Below, in pieces: positions 25,409-38,120 of a stretch of DNA of 64,000 nucleotides (positions within the stretch are counted from its first letter, which is position 1; the number at the start of each line of letters is the position of its first letter). A program made the position numbers and the translations under genes. The notes beneath the pieces are model-generated. The model was given only the letters and a program-made list of their open reading frames with translations. It had not been told where the DNA came from and did not search any database. Source of the DNA: Cycas panzhihuaensis (Eukaryota > Plantae > Cycadophyta). Where the stretch lies: assembly GCA_023213395.1 (NCBI GenBank), contig CM041465.1, positions 118,923,741 to 118,987,740 of the forward strand, in the 5' to 3' direction.

Positions 25409-28400
25409 TGTAGCATTCCAAAATATGGTTAAAAAAAAATATAGCTTATTACCATTCAAATCAAAGGCCTCTGAACAACGATTCCAATGGTTTAGACGAA
25501 AGTCAATTCTGACATCTCAATCAAAAGTTATGGCCATTTAAAGTTAGCCTACTAGTTTTTGAAGAAGTTCTAGCCGACTTCTATTTGAGCAGTTTTAAGA
25601 AGAATATTACCTAGTCTGGATGACTTCTAATTAAAGTATTTTGATTGCTATAAATAGGAAGTTTGGGCCGCATCCCAAATCATTGTCGAAGGTTCTTTGG
25701 TCGTGAATTTTTAGTTCTAAGGCTACAATTAGCTCACCCATTTGGGGGCTGTAATTTGGAGGGTTCCTTGCCTCGAAGAGGGAAGCTTACTTCTTCAAGA
25801 AAGATAGGTACTTCTATTGAAATTTCGCTCTACTTGACAATAAAGACTATTATTTACTTTGGTGGATTTTGTAATTCTTATTCCCTATTCATTTTATTAT
25901 TGAATAGCATCTAGTTATTATCTTTTGTGGACTAGTACCTATATTTTAAGGAAAAGTGTTATAAAAGTAGAACTAGATCGCTACAAGTGGTATCAAAGCT
26001 TCGTTTGAAGTGGGTGTTTAGCGTATCCCTACAGGAAATATCTAAGAAATTTTTTTTCAATAAAACAGAGTTAAGGTCAAGAAAAACCACAATAAGAAAA
26101 ATGGTACTCCAAGCCTCCCAGGGAATCGAGGACGTGTCAAAAAGAGTGGACCATCTGGATGGTAGTATAATGCTAATGCAAACCCAATATAAGGAATTGA
26201 AATCAAATATACAAGAAATTCATGATATTCTGTTGGTTCCAAAAAAAGATTTTGGATTTCAAAGTGGAGCTAAAGAAGAGGAGTAGAGCCAAGAAGAAGG
26301 GGAATACTCAGGAGATCAGGTTGGGCTTGGTCTTAAGGGAATGAAATTTTAGCTAGAAAAGTTTGACCTAAATAGATCTCAAGATATTCATAGTTGGGTG
26401 ATACAAATAGAAGTCTACTTCAAAACCACCCCTTTAACCAATAAGGAAAAATTGGTGGTGGCAAGGTTGCACTTATACAGAAAAGCCTTACATTTTTTTC
26501 ATTAGTGGCAAAGAAATTATGAGGGCACAATCCACTATAATTAGATTTTTTTTAAGAAGTCTCTATTCCAGCAATATGAAGAGACAACAAAAATAGATTA
26601 TTTTGCCCAACTTACTAGGTTACAACAGGTCGGTATGGTATAATCTTATACTAAATAGTTCCAAGCACTGCATAGTATGGTGGATGCCCATATTAGTGAA
26701 CATCAACTCGTAGAAGTATGCATAATAGGTCTTCGAGGTAATATCAAGTACCGACTAAAGACCATAGAAGTGAGCTTCCTGATCGATGCCATACGCTATG
26801 CCAGGAGCATTGAAGTAGAATTTAGAGAAGGAAGACAAAGTTTTGTTCGTCGAATTGAGTTTGAAAGACCTCCTAGCCAGCAATTTAAACTGAATTAGAC
26901 ATAGTCTGGAACTAAAGTCGGTGCTCCTACAAGGGAGAAAAAAGATGAACAAATGTCAAGAGCAGAACACATCAAGAATGGAACATGTTTTTGTTGTGGA
27001 GGAAAGTATAATTGGGAACATAGATGCCCTCCTAAGAAGATGTTCATGATGAATAATAAAGAAGACCCTCTCTCTAATGAAACTAGGGAAGAAATTACAG
27101 AAGAGGAAGCATTGGTCCAAGAAGATGAAGCCCAAATAGAGGAGTTATTAACTACAGACCCAGATAATATTCAGATATCACTTCAATCCATCACTAGGGA
27201 GACATGCGCACCACAGACATTAAGATTTCTAGGGTTAATAAAAAATGTAAAGGTTTCCATTTTGGTAGATAGTGGTAGTACACAAAATTTCATATATCGT
27301 CCTACTACATAAAAGTTAGGTCTCATAGTAAAGCCACTCAATATATTCCAAGTGGCAATAGCAAATGGTAGGACTATGCCTTGTGGTGGTTATTTCCAGC
27401 AAGTAAGCTTACGTATTGCGGAGTACTTGACCTTAACTTACATGTTTGCCATGCCTATTGGTGGGGTTGATGTGGTTCTAGGAGTACAATGGCTTCAAAC
27501 CTTAGGAAATATTATTACCAATTTTTGGATGCGGTTTATGTGTTTTCACCAAAAGGGACATAAGTACAAGTTACATGCTCCCGACATTCCTCTAGTACAA
27601 TTGGTATCATCTCAGTGAATGGAAAAGATACTTAAAAAAAGTCCCACCTCGTTCATGATTTCCTATTATAAGGTAATAGTAGAAGAAGTTCCCACAGAGG
27701 TGCAAGAACTAATTGACCAATATAGTAAGGTTTTTGAGGACCTGCCACCTGAACTTCCTCCTAGTCGTGGATATGAGCATGCGATTGATTTAGTTCCTCA
27801 ATTAGACCCTATTAATATCAGGCCATATAGGCACCCCTTCCATCATAAACAAGAAATTGAACACATCACTGAAGATCTTCTTCAACAAGGAATCATCGTA
27901 CCAAGTAGTAGTCCCTTCACATCTCTAGTTATAATTGCACGAAAGAAAGATGGATCATATTGTATGTGTGGAGATTATCATGCTCTCAATAAATTAATGA
28001 TCAAGAATAGGTACCTGATTCCTCGTATCGATGACCTTTTAGATGAACTTCATGGAGCAAAGTTCTTCTCAAAAATTGATTTGCGCTCTAGATACTATCA
28101 GATTTGTATCAAAAAAGAAGACACACATAAGAAGGCTTTTCACACATATGAAGGGCTATTTGAATTTCAGGTTATGCCTTTTGGGCTAATGAATGCCCCT
28201 GCCATGTTTCAAAACATGATGAACCAGATCCTCAAGCCATATATTCAAAAATTTGTGCTAGTTTTTTTTTATGATATTTTAATCTATAGGCATTCTTGGC
28301 AGGAGCATCTCCAACATATTGAGATCATCCTCCAGTTATTACAGAACCAACAATTGTTCACGAATAAAAAGAAATGTACATTTGGTCAAACAGAGCTAGA

Positions 28401-31121
28401 ATATTTGGGACATATAATATCTTTCAAAGGAGTGTGAATTGACCCAAAGAAGATCGAGGTGATTATCAATTAGCCCACACCTAAAAACATTACAGGAATT
28501 CGAGGATTCTTAGGAGTTGTTGGGTTTATACACAAATTTATCAAGGGTTATGCTCATATAGTTGCACCTCTAATAGGTTTGATAAGAAAAGAGGCATTTA
28601 AATGGGATCATTTAGCAGAAGTAGCATTCTAACAACTAAAGACAGCTATGACTATGGCCCCAGTTCTTGCATTATCTCAATTCTCAAAACCATTCACTCT
28701 TGAATGTGATGCATCCAATTTTGGGTTGGGAGCAGTTTTATTACAAGAAGATTAACCACTAGCATATGAAAGTCTGAAGCTCAATAGCCGTGAGTGCCAC
28801 AAGCCAATATACGATAAAGAAATGCTAGCCATTATAGACGCCATCCAACAGTGACGACAATATTTGCTAGGAAATAAACTTATTGTCAAGACTGATCATG
28901 ATAGTTTGAAATGTTTTCTGAATAAAAAATCTTTAACAGATGAACAACAAAAGTGGGTAAGAAGATTACAAGCATTTGGCTTTTCGATAGTTTACAAGAA
29001 AGGAAAGGAGAACATCATAACAGATGCATTATCAAGATCTGTAGTAGAAGATCATGAAGAGGATAAAGCATCATTAAAATCCATTACCATAATCAACCCA
29101 GCATGGACAGAGGAACTAGTCAATGGTTATGATGAGGATGCTCATTCTCAAAAGGCACTGCAAGAAATCAAGGAAGGACTTAATACCAAGTACTCCCTCC
29201 AATGAAATTTAATATTGCAAAAAGGTAAGATGCTAGTGCCTGTAGCAGCAATAATCAAAGCAAAGGTCTTAGAAGAGGCCCATGCGTCACCAATGGGAGG
29301 TCATATAGAAGTAGATAAAACTTATCGTAAAATTCAAGAAAATTTCTTCTAGAAAGGAATGAAAGAAGAAATACAGAAGTTTGTAGCAGAAAGTGATCAC
29401 TACCAGAGAAATAGAGGAGAAAATGTAAAAGTTTCAAGTCTTCTTCAGCCTCTACCGATTCTGAAACAAAGATGGGAGGAGATATCTATGGACTTCATCA
29501 TGGGGCTACCAAAATTAGAAGGAAAGGATACTATTTTTGTTATTGTGGATCAATTAACCAAGTATGCACATTTTAGGGGAACTCAAGCAGCAACAAAAAC
29601 TCCTCAAATATCTGATTTATTCATCAAGGAGATATATCATCTCCATGGGTTTCCAAAAGTGATAGTTAGCGATCATGATCCTAAATTCAATAGCCATTTT
29701 TAGCAAGAATTATTCAGATTGGTAGGCACAAAGCTAAATATGAGTTCTGCATATCATCTACAATCAGACGATTAGACAGAAGCTGTAAATAAATGTATAG
29801 AGGGGTATCTACATAATTTCACCACTCAAAGCCCACACCAGTGGTACAAATGGCTTTATTTAGCAGAATGGTGGTATAATACAACTTACCATATGTCTAC
29901 CAGGATGTCCTCTTTTCAAGCATTATATGGATTTGAGCAGCCATCCATCCTTAATTGGACTAATCCATCCAAAGTACAATCGATCTAAGAGTATCAATAA
30001 TAGTCAAGGTAGATACTGGATACCTTAAAAGATAACTTGAACTTAGCTCACAATCGAATGAAGCAACAAGCTGATCTTCAAAGAATAGAGCATACATTTA
30101 AGGTAGGAGATTAGGTTTTTCTACGATTATAACCCTACAAGCAAAATAGCCTAAAACAAATAGGGCAAAATAAACTTCAACCAAAATTTTTTTGACCCTA
30201 TAAAATCTTGGCTAAAATTGGAGATGTAGCCTGCAAATTAGAGCTTCCCCCAGATTATCGAATATATAATATATTCTGCGTTTCTTGGCTTAAGAGGAAG
30301 TTAAGAGAGAGAGTACCAATCCAAATAGAACTTCTAATATTAGATGAAGAAGGAGGACTGTCAGTTGAACTAGAAGGTATCCTTCAAAAACGTACCAAAA
30401 GGTTGCGTTCTCATGAAATCACAGAATACCTTATCAAATGGAAAGCAATGGACAACAGTAAAGCCACATGGGAATCTAAAGAATGGATACAACAGTACCA
30501 AAATTTATCCATGCTTTGAGGGAAAAGCATATTTTGAGTGGGGGAGACTTGTAGTATTCTAAAATATGGTAAAAAATATAACTTATTACCATTCAAATCA
30601 AAGGCCTCTAAATAACGATTCCAACAGTTTAGATGAAAGTCAATTCTGACATCTCAATCAAATGTTATAATTATTTAAAGTTAACCTACTAGTTTTTGGA
30701 GAAGTTCTGGCCAACTTCTATTTGAGCAGTTTTAAGAAGAATATTACTCAATTTGTCCGACTTCTAACTAAAGTATTTGGTCACTATAAATAGGAAGTTT
30801 GGGCCGCATCCTAAATCATCATTAGAGGTTCTTTGGTTGCACATTTTTGGTTCTAGGGCTACAATTAGCTTGCCCATTTAGGGGCTACAGTTTGGAGGGT
30901 TCCTCGCCTCGAAGAGGGAAGCTCGCTTGTTCAGAAAAGACAGGTACTTCTATTGAAATTTCACTCTATTTGACAAAAAAGACTATTATTTACTTTGGTG
31001 GATTTTGTAATTCTTGCTCCTTATTCATTTTACTATTAAATAGCATCTAGTTATTGTCTTTTATGGATTAGTACCTATATTTTAAGGAAAATTATTATAA
31101 AAGTAGAACTAGATCACTACA
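25409..31121 (+). mobile_element. G1: structurally complete Ty3/Gypsy chromovirus (5.7 kb, Reina-like size and PBS), coding region inactivated
   Basis: LTRs 25409-25985 and 30550-31121 (TG...CA); TSD AGGTG on both sides; PBS TGGTATCAAAGC at 25988-25999; PPT GAGTGGGGGAGA at 30536-30547. Confidence 0.96.
26101..30519 (+). pseudogene. G1 gag-pol: gag, protease, RT, RNase H, integrase, chromodomain; many premature stops
   Basis: ORF fragments: CFCCGGKYNWEHRC, LVDSGSTQNF, IPRIDDLLDELHGAKFFSKIDL and VMPFGLMNAPAMFQ, KTDHDSL, WEEISMDFIMGLP, EYLIKWK...ATWES. Confidence 0.93.
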
Positions 31122-32999
31122 AGGTGGATGGAGTGGATGATAGATGTGAAGAGCACCAAAGAGATCTAAAGGACATCGAAATGAAGCCCAGTAAAATTAT
31201 ATTGATCAACATAAGATTACAATGAGTGGGATGCCATATATATAGAAGGATCACTCCATTATCATATTGTATTTCCACTAAGCTAATTGATCATACATTT
31301 CTCCTACTATTAAATACTCTTAACCTTATTTTAACCTCCTAACATATAAACCCTCTAACATGTAACCATCTATTCTATTAACCATTTAACATATGGTGTA
31401 GGTTCACCATATGCCCTTGTCCTTTATATGCTTAGCCCTTAAATCATCTTATTATAAAATGACATGTAACTACCACCTATTATTGCCATAATGTCTTAGG
31501 TAGATGGATCATTATTGAGCCAAAGAGAGGAGGTCATTTTTACACCTAGTAGCTAAAGATATATATTCCTACTATATAGGTGTCTTACTACATGGAAATA
31601 TATGGAGAAATATTACCCTCCTAGTTATTGCTTATGTTGGAAGAAGTGAGGGCCCGTCAAGTAATAGTAAGGGGATTTGCAAAAATATGACCCCAAATGC
31701 TCTTAGAGAGAGAAGGAGGATGGCGGTTCCTCTTTACTATTATCAATGCTCACTCAAATATCTTTTTTTTAATCCATTGAGTCACCTTTATTTATCTTGT
31801 AACATGTTGGATTCTTATAAGGTGAAATAATAAAAAGCATTACCATGTGGAGGAGATGTAGGTATTGAAACTTTAATATGGTTGTCTTTACTTATTGTTT
31901 TACCACTTCCTTCTTCTTCTATATGATTCTAGTCTTTTACTTCCTCTTTTGTTGAATCTTTAATAATTATTCAAGCTCCTATTTCCCTCTCATGTTCCCT
32001 ATTGAAGGATGCCCAATTTGGTTATAAATATGATTCAAACCATACCCAAGCCTTTCTATAGTGATCCACTTCTAAGTATAACATAGCAAACATAATCTTG
32101 GAATAGTCATGCTTGAAGTAATAAGCTTTATAATAATGTTCAAAGACTTGTTTGAAAGTGGTGACCTAATCATAAAGTTAAATATGACCATCCATCCAAA
32201 AAATATGAAGGTCGAGACCATCATAATAAGAGAAAAAGAATTATTTAAAGTCATAGAATTAATTAATAAGACCTATTTTTTTATAATATTAGAGTATATT
32301 CCTATAAGTAATTGGGTCTATCTCTCTCTATTAAAGTATAAAGAGAACACTTATGACCTTAAGAGAAATAGAAAGTTAGACAAAGTCTAAAAAATCCCAA
32401 ATAGTATAAGAGGAAATACTAACATAAAACCTTATAAAATAAAAGGATTAAATTTAAATATATAGTAAATTATAGATTAAAAACATATAAAATGTTGGAG
32501 TTAATCGTCATCACTCCACTCCCACTTTTCCAACTAGGATTGTATACCTCATCAACTTCAATTTAGACATGTGATGCTCAACATGTCGAGGTAAGTTAAG
32601 GTAAGTTTAACTTTGATTTAAGTTAGTTTCATTTGAGTTAAGTTAACTTTATTTTATTATTATTTTGAATTCAGGGGTTGAGGAGTTTCCCTCCTCCTCC
32701 AAATTATAAATATTGAGTGGTGTGCAACCCTGGTGTTTTTAAACATTGCCCTCATTTAGAAAATTTATATTGCTCACTTTCAACAATGGATTAAAGATTC
32801 AAGCTCTCATATTTATGCTACTATTGCAACATTGATATATTGAAAATTTCTATTGATGTATTGATCTATTAAAGATTATTCTATGTTCTGCCCTATTCTT
32901 CATGAATATTATTTCCTACATTTGGCATCAAAGCAAAGATTCGTTGGGCCATTGTATCCCCTTATTAAAGTTTTTTCAAAGAAGCAAGAAGTTTCTTGA

Positions 33000-33960
33000 A
33001 GCAAATTTGCTCACAAGCAAATAATATCGGTTATACTTATTTTTTACAAATTTTTTTAGTAAATTTCTTCTATTTTTTCATCAAGTTTTGATTATTATTG
33101 AGTTATTTTCTGGTATAACAAATATACTTTAGATTTTTTTAGATTTATGCAGATTTTTGGCTATATTTCTAGATCTACAAAGGAGATCAACATATTTCAG
33201 CAGTAAGCTATATTTTATTCAAAGTTTTCTCATATTTGAGTTATATTTTTTTCAGATTTATAGTTTTTATCACATATTTGACAGTTTTCCAAGTATATTT
33301 ATCTATTTTATCTAATATTTTTTGTAGATCTGTGAAGTTTTCAATTGCATACAAGATTTATACAAGTTTTCTTCATATTTGTGACATATTTTCTCAAATC
33401 TATATATTCTTTATCAAATATTTGACATTCTACAGCAGATTTTCTCATAAATTTTTGGCTATATTTCTAGATCTACAAAGGAGATCAACATATTTCAGTA
33501 GTAATTTATTTGTATTTAAGTTTTTTATTATATTTGATATATTTTTTTTCCAGATCTATAGATTTTATCAAGTATATTTATCTATTTTATCTAATATTTT
33601 TCACAGATCTACAAAGGAGATCAACTGTATACAAGATTCATACAAGTTTTTTTAGATCTGTTACATATTTTTTTAGATCTACTATATTTTACTATAGATC
33701 TATTTATTTCAATAGTTATTTGACCATTTCTCTAGTATATTCATTTAGATCTACAATATTTGGCTATAGATTTGCTATGCTCACGTCAAATCTGCAATAT
33801 TTAGCTAAAAACCTGCAATATTTTCTTAAGTTTCTTTAGATCTGTTATATTCTCTTTCAGATCTGTATTTTTTCATCATATATTTAATGATATTTTTTTA
33901 AGTTTGTTACAAATCTACAGTTTTTTTGGGCATATTCAGCCATCCAAAGAAGCATCTACA
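33000..33960 (+). repeat. AGATCT-rich degenerate repeat arm with a ~300-bp internal duplication
   Basis: TTTTTGGCTATATTTCTAGATCTACAAAGGAGATCAACATATTTCAG occurs at ~33154 and ~33452, with many AGATCT cores. Homologous to B1 10200-10740. Confidence 0.75.
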
Positions 33961-34490
33961 GCAAATCTGTATACTAGAGAATGCACTTAGAAATTTGAAG
34001 AAGTATGCTACAAATACGTTTCTAGGTTCTTCATACATTTTTCAAATTTAAATATATATTTTTTCTGATATATCTGCAACTTATTTGAAAATATTTTAGA
34101 ATACATATATATGAATGTCGTTTGCTTGACTTATTTTTGTCAAAATATTAGAAAATTTCCTAGTTTATTTGAACTCCATTGAATAAAAAAACTATTGGTT
34201 CATTGTGGTTGTGTTGTAACACAAAATAGCTATACAAATCAAGTTTCATTTTTTTCAATCTGTCTTTGAGTATGGTATCAAAAAAAATTAATACTTTAGA
34301 TTTTACATAGTTCATTTGATAAAGCTCTAATCCTTACTACAACATCAGACTTGTAATCCTATTTCCTTAAAAAGAGAAGAAGAATAAGATTATTGTTCCT
34401 AAAAATTTTAACTTTATTAACCTAACATTTGGTACATTAAGCTCCTGCAAGTTTTATTTCCTGCAAGCAAATCCCCCTTGAGAAATCCTT

Positions 34491-34720
34491 AATAAGCTCC
34501 TCCAACATATGCTTGTTCCATAAAAAGCTAGTGTCTACCTGCTTCCAAAGAGGTAACATTTTTGGATTCTGCTCCTAAATTGTAGGATCTTTGTGCATTA
34601 ACTGTCAAATCAACATCATAAGAGAAGTACAAGCCAAGAGTTTTCTCTGTGGCACTCAGTAGGGTGGAAAAATTAGCCTCATCAGTTTTTGTCTCATCCA
34701 CAGTATTTTGAGGAGCTCTC
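34491..34720 (-). pseudogene. Captured fragment of a SAC1-like phosphoinositide phosphatase (SAC6/SAC7 type) inside B2
   Basis: DEANFSTLLSATEKTLGLYFSYDVDLTVNAQRSYNLGAESK/MLPLWKQVDTSFLWNKHMLEELI (one frameshift). This matches the plant SAC-domain pattern GLYFSY..LT...QR...LG.ESK.LPLW.Q...FLWN..MLE.LI as recalled. Confidence 0.85.
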
Positions 34721-35093
34721 ATAATCTAAGAATAAAATTTTTAGTTCCATTACAATATATTCATAAGACCTGTTATTATTTTCCTTCATTTTCATTCATT
34801 TTTTGAACATTATTTTTTAAAATTATTTCTTCATTGTTATTATTTATATGTTATATATTGTCATTTGCTTGCATGCCATAGATATTATTGCCATATATTG
34901 GCTGGAAACAAACAAAGAAAATCAAACATAAGTCACTTCAAAGTATTCCAAGTCCAGTATTCCAAGACCAAAATAATATACTTCCCAATAAAAAAAAATA
35001 TTTGAAACATTTAAGGTTTCTTTGAGGACTTGGAGCCATATCTCCTTTTACAACCTGCTAAAAGTTGAAAACACAAAAGGCTTGACCCTTTGT

Positions 35094-35514
35094 TGGAACT
35101 CCAGTATGAGCCCATTTGTGATAATCTAACCAGTAGAGTCTCTAATCTCCATGATTCTTCCTACTGGAGTCTTCAAGTAACCCATCTGTAACTTCTTCAC
35201 TATCAAGTATAAATTTATACTATATTACCTGCCCATCAGAAGCAGTCAAGAATATAACTTGATGACACAGCGCTGCTGCCAAAGCTAAAACATCTCCCTT
35301 ATGATAAGTATGTCCTTGTAATAGCATTCCCTACTGAATATCCCAAAACTGGGTGCTTATGGTACTATCTCCACTGACAAGGGTACCATCTCGTAGAACA
35401 AGAAGACATCAAACACACAGGTCTGACTCAGTACCCAAACCCCCATGACCTGTAGTGATTCTGTATACCTCACAAGATGTAGCAACATCCCAGCCTCTTT
35501 ATGCTGCCATCATT
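35094..35514 (-). pseudogene. Captured fragments of a UTP4/Cirhin (POPCORN/PCN-like) WD40 gene inside B2
   Basis: DGSI/[73 protein letters not shown]...SDGQVI*YKF and, further on, DYHKWAHTGVP. These match recalled plant UTP4 motifs (EVYRITVGLGGLG, LVSGDSTG.VQFWD, HKGDV..LAAAP, YHKWAHLGVP). Confidence 0.85.
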
Positions 35515-37376
35515 TGATAAGGAAACTAGAAGCTATGCCATCGAAGAGATATCACCACACTCATTGAAGGGACGACAAAACATTGATAACCGATAGCTGG
35601 CAATCCTCGAAGGGCCATATGTAATCAAATCCAGAGAAGAAAAGACACTACAAATCATTTATTTAAAGATGCACGTAATCGTCGTCGCCTGAAGAAATCT
35701 AAACATGCAAATTGTCTCCTCTCTGTGGCCCCCTCTATAACTTCCCGCATGTAGGTCACGCGTGCTGGCGCGGTGAAGTTGGTAGCAGGGTGCGGGTGAC
35801 ACACCGTGAGGCTGTGTTCAACTCAACGCAGCAGAAAAGGTGATGGCGGTGGTGGCACAGGGCACCAATTCCATTCAAAAATCTTACTTTTTATATTTTA
35901 GTTTTATAAAGTTTATAAAAATTGATTTGAATTTCATAATTTTTGAAATCTGGCACTTAAAAGACCCCTAGCCTCTTATATGCTCAGCCCTCAGTCATAT
36001 TCAGTCACCACGTGACCATTAGAGATCATTAAAGGGGCCATCACCTTTATAAACCTTTTTTTTCCTTTTATTTATTTTTTTTAATTTTTTATCCTATGTA
36101 GGGTTATTGGCGAAATTTTGCCATAACTCCTCACTGAGTCATCAGTTTCTGAAAAAACTAGTTTCATTACGTCAAAAATTTTCTATAGATTAATTTTGAC
36201 TAATTATATAACCAATTTGGTGCTGATTTGACCCTGTTTTAGTTGATTTAAAGTCAATCAATCCTTTTTTTAGCCTTTTTTAACTTTTTATAAACTCACT
36301 TTCTGAACTGATTATATTTTATTATCAGGAAACTATTTTCTACCTGGATTTATTCTAGAGTGATCTAGGTTCAACAACCTTCATTACCCACCTTTTATTT
36401 TATTTTTTAGAATTCATTTGACCACTATTTTTATCGCCGAAAGTGGCATTTTGGTGGTTTTCAGCATTTTTCTTAACATTTTATTATAAAGGTACTTGTT
36501 GCCATTTCTGATATAACTTCTTTGTTTGGCATCCAAATTTAGTTTTATCAGTTTTTTTGGGAAGATGACTCAATTCTCTTCAATTTGACATAGTTTTTTT
36601 TTTATATGTTTTAACGTATTTTTATAGATTTTTAAATCGCTCAAAGTAGAGGTACTTTATTACTTTAAACCTACCATACTTACACTTTTTTATATATAAT
36701 TTTTCAAAATTTTTCAATTGAAAGTATATTTAGCAATCTTATAAATGATATTTGATTATTTTACAATATTTTCTAAGCATTTTATTTCTATTTTTATATA
36801 ATTTTGAGCCCCTTGCTCCTATTGTGCCTTAAAACGAGGCCTATACCTTTGATTTATCAAAACTTGACCTATAGGAATCCATTTTTAAAATGATCAATTC
36901 TGTTGGATTCATTTTTCATTAATCTTCATATTGATAAAGTTTCACCTTATTCTGATATCGTTTAGTATAACTTTGAAGGTACTAAACTTAAGCATTGGAC
37001 ATACCCCTACATTTGAAAAATTAAAAGGTTAAAAATTTTATTATTTTTTATCATCAAAGTTTATTTTAAATTTGCATACTTAAAGGATCTTTATTACATT
37101 CAAACTTATTTTTATATTTATTTTATTTCAAAATATATCTGAAAAGTATATCAAAGATTGTTTCAAAGGCATACATATACTTAAAGCATTTATTATTATT
37201 ACAAAGATTATTTCCTTATTACACCTATAAAGGTTGCATTCAATTGATTCATTTTTCAAAGGATATTATATTTCTTTTGAAGAGGATATTTGGCATCATA
37301 TAAGACATTATTCATTTATTGAGTATTTTTTTGAATTGATAAAAGCATTCTTTTATATACTAAAAATTTATATAAA

Positions 37377-38120
37377 ATGGCATAATTTCCTATTTTTTAT
37401 GGTCATAACTTTTCCCTATGGCACAAGACTATGTAAGATTATTTTATTGAACATGAGCTTTTGAAATATTTATAATATGAATGTGATATAAGTATTAAAG
37501 AAAATTTTAGAAAGGATAATGAAGGATTAGGTCTATTATTTTGCACTATGACTGATGATATTTTTCAAAGGTTTGTGAATTAACTACTTCTAAATCAGTT
37601 TGGGATATTTTAATTTCCATTTATGGGGGAGATACCCTCCTTGTATTTGATGATATTTTTGTTGAGCATGTGAGACAGGTGACAGAACAGGTGGATTATG
37701 ATGATAAAACCAATGAAGATTTAGATCACATGTAGGACCAACTTACTACACAAGGATTTGATCCTCCATTTGAGGGGGAGAATGAAAATGAATCCTATGA
37801 CATGATAGAGAATGAGTCTAATATGACAAAAAAGGAATCTTATGATATGATAGTTGTTGACAACATAAAGACTATAAAAGACAAAGTTCAAGTTTAAAGC
37901 CTTCTTAATATTCAAGTTGACAAAGTCAAAATTGCATCTATACATACATACTTGAACAAAGCATCATCTACTTACAGTTTCTTTACATCATTCCTTGGTA
38001 AAGAGATATATTTTGTAAAAATGTTGAAGTATGTTAATGAAGATTAGAATTTTAAAGTTTTTTTCAAGTACAAGTTCCATAAGTTCAAGGAAAAGATATA
38101 AGTATTTGTGATGACATTAA
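37377..38120 (+). pseudogene. Truncated Copia gag of B2
   Basis: MA*FPIFYGHNFSLWHKTM*DYFIEHELLKYL...KDNEGLGLLFCTMTDDIF/...TTSKSVWDILISIYGG, homologous to B1 7110-7802. Confidence 0.8.

Noticed and set aside
25663-25914. ORF repeated at 30847-31050
   Set aside because: Lies within the two G1 LTRs; the repetition reflects LTR identity, not coding.
33236-33839. Phe/Ile/Tyr-rich ORFs resembling membrane proteins
   Set aside because: Translation of the T-rich AGATCT repeat arm.
34491-35514. A genuine host SAC or UTP4 gene at this locus
   Set aside because: Short fragments with stops and frameshifts, enclosed by LTRs with a TSD.
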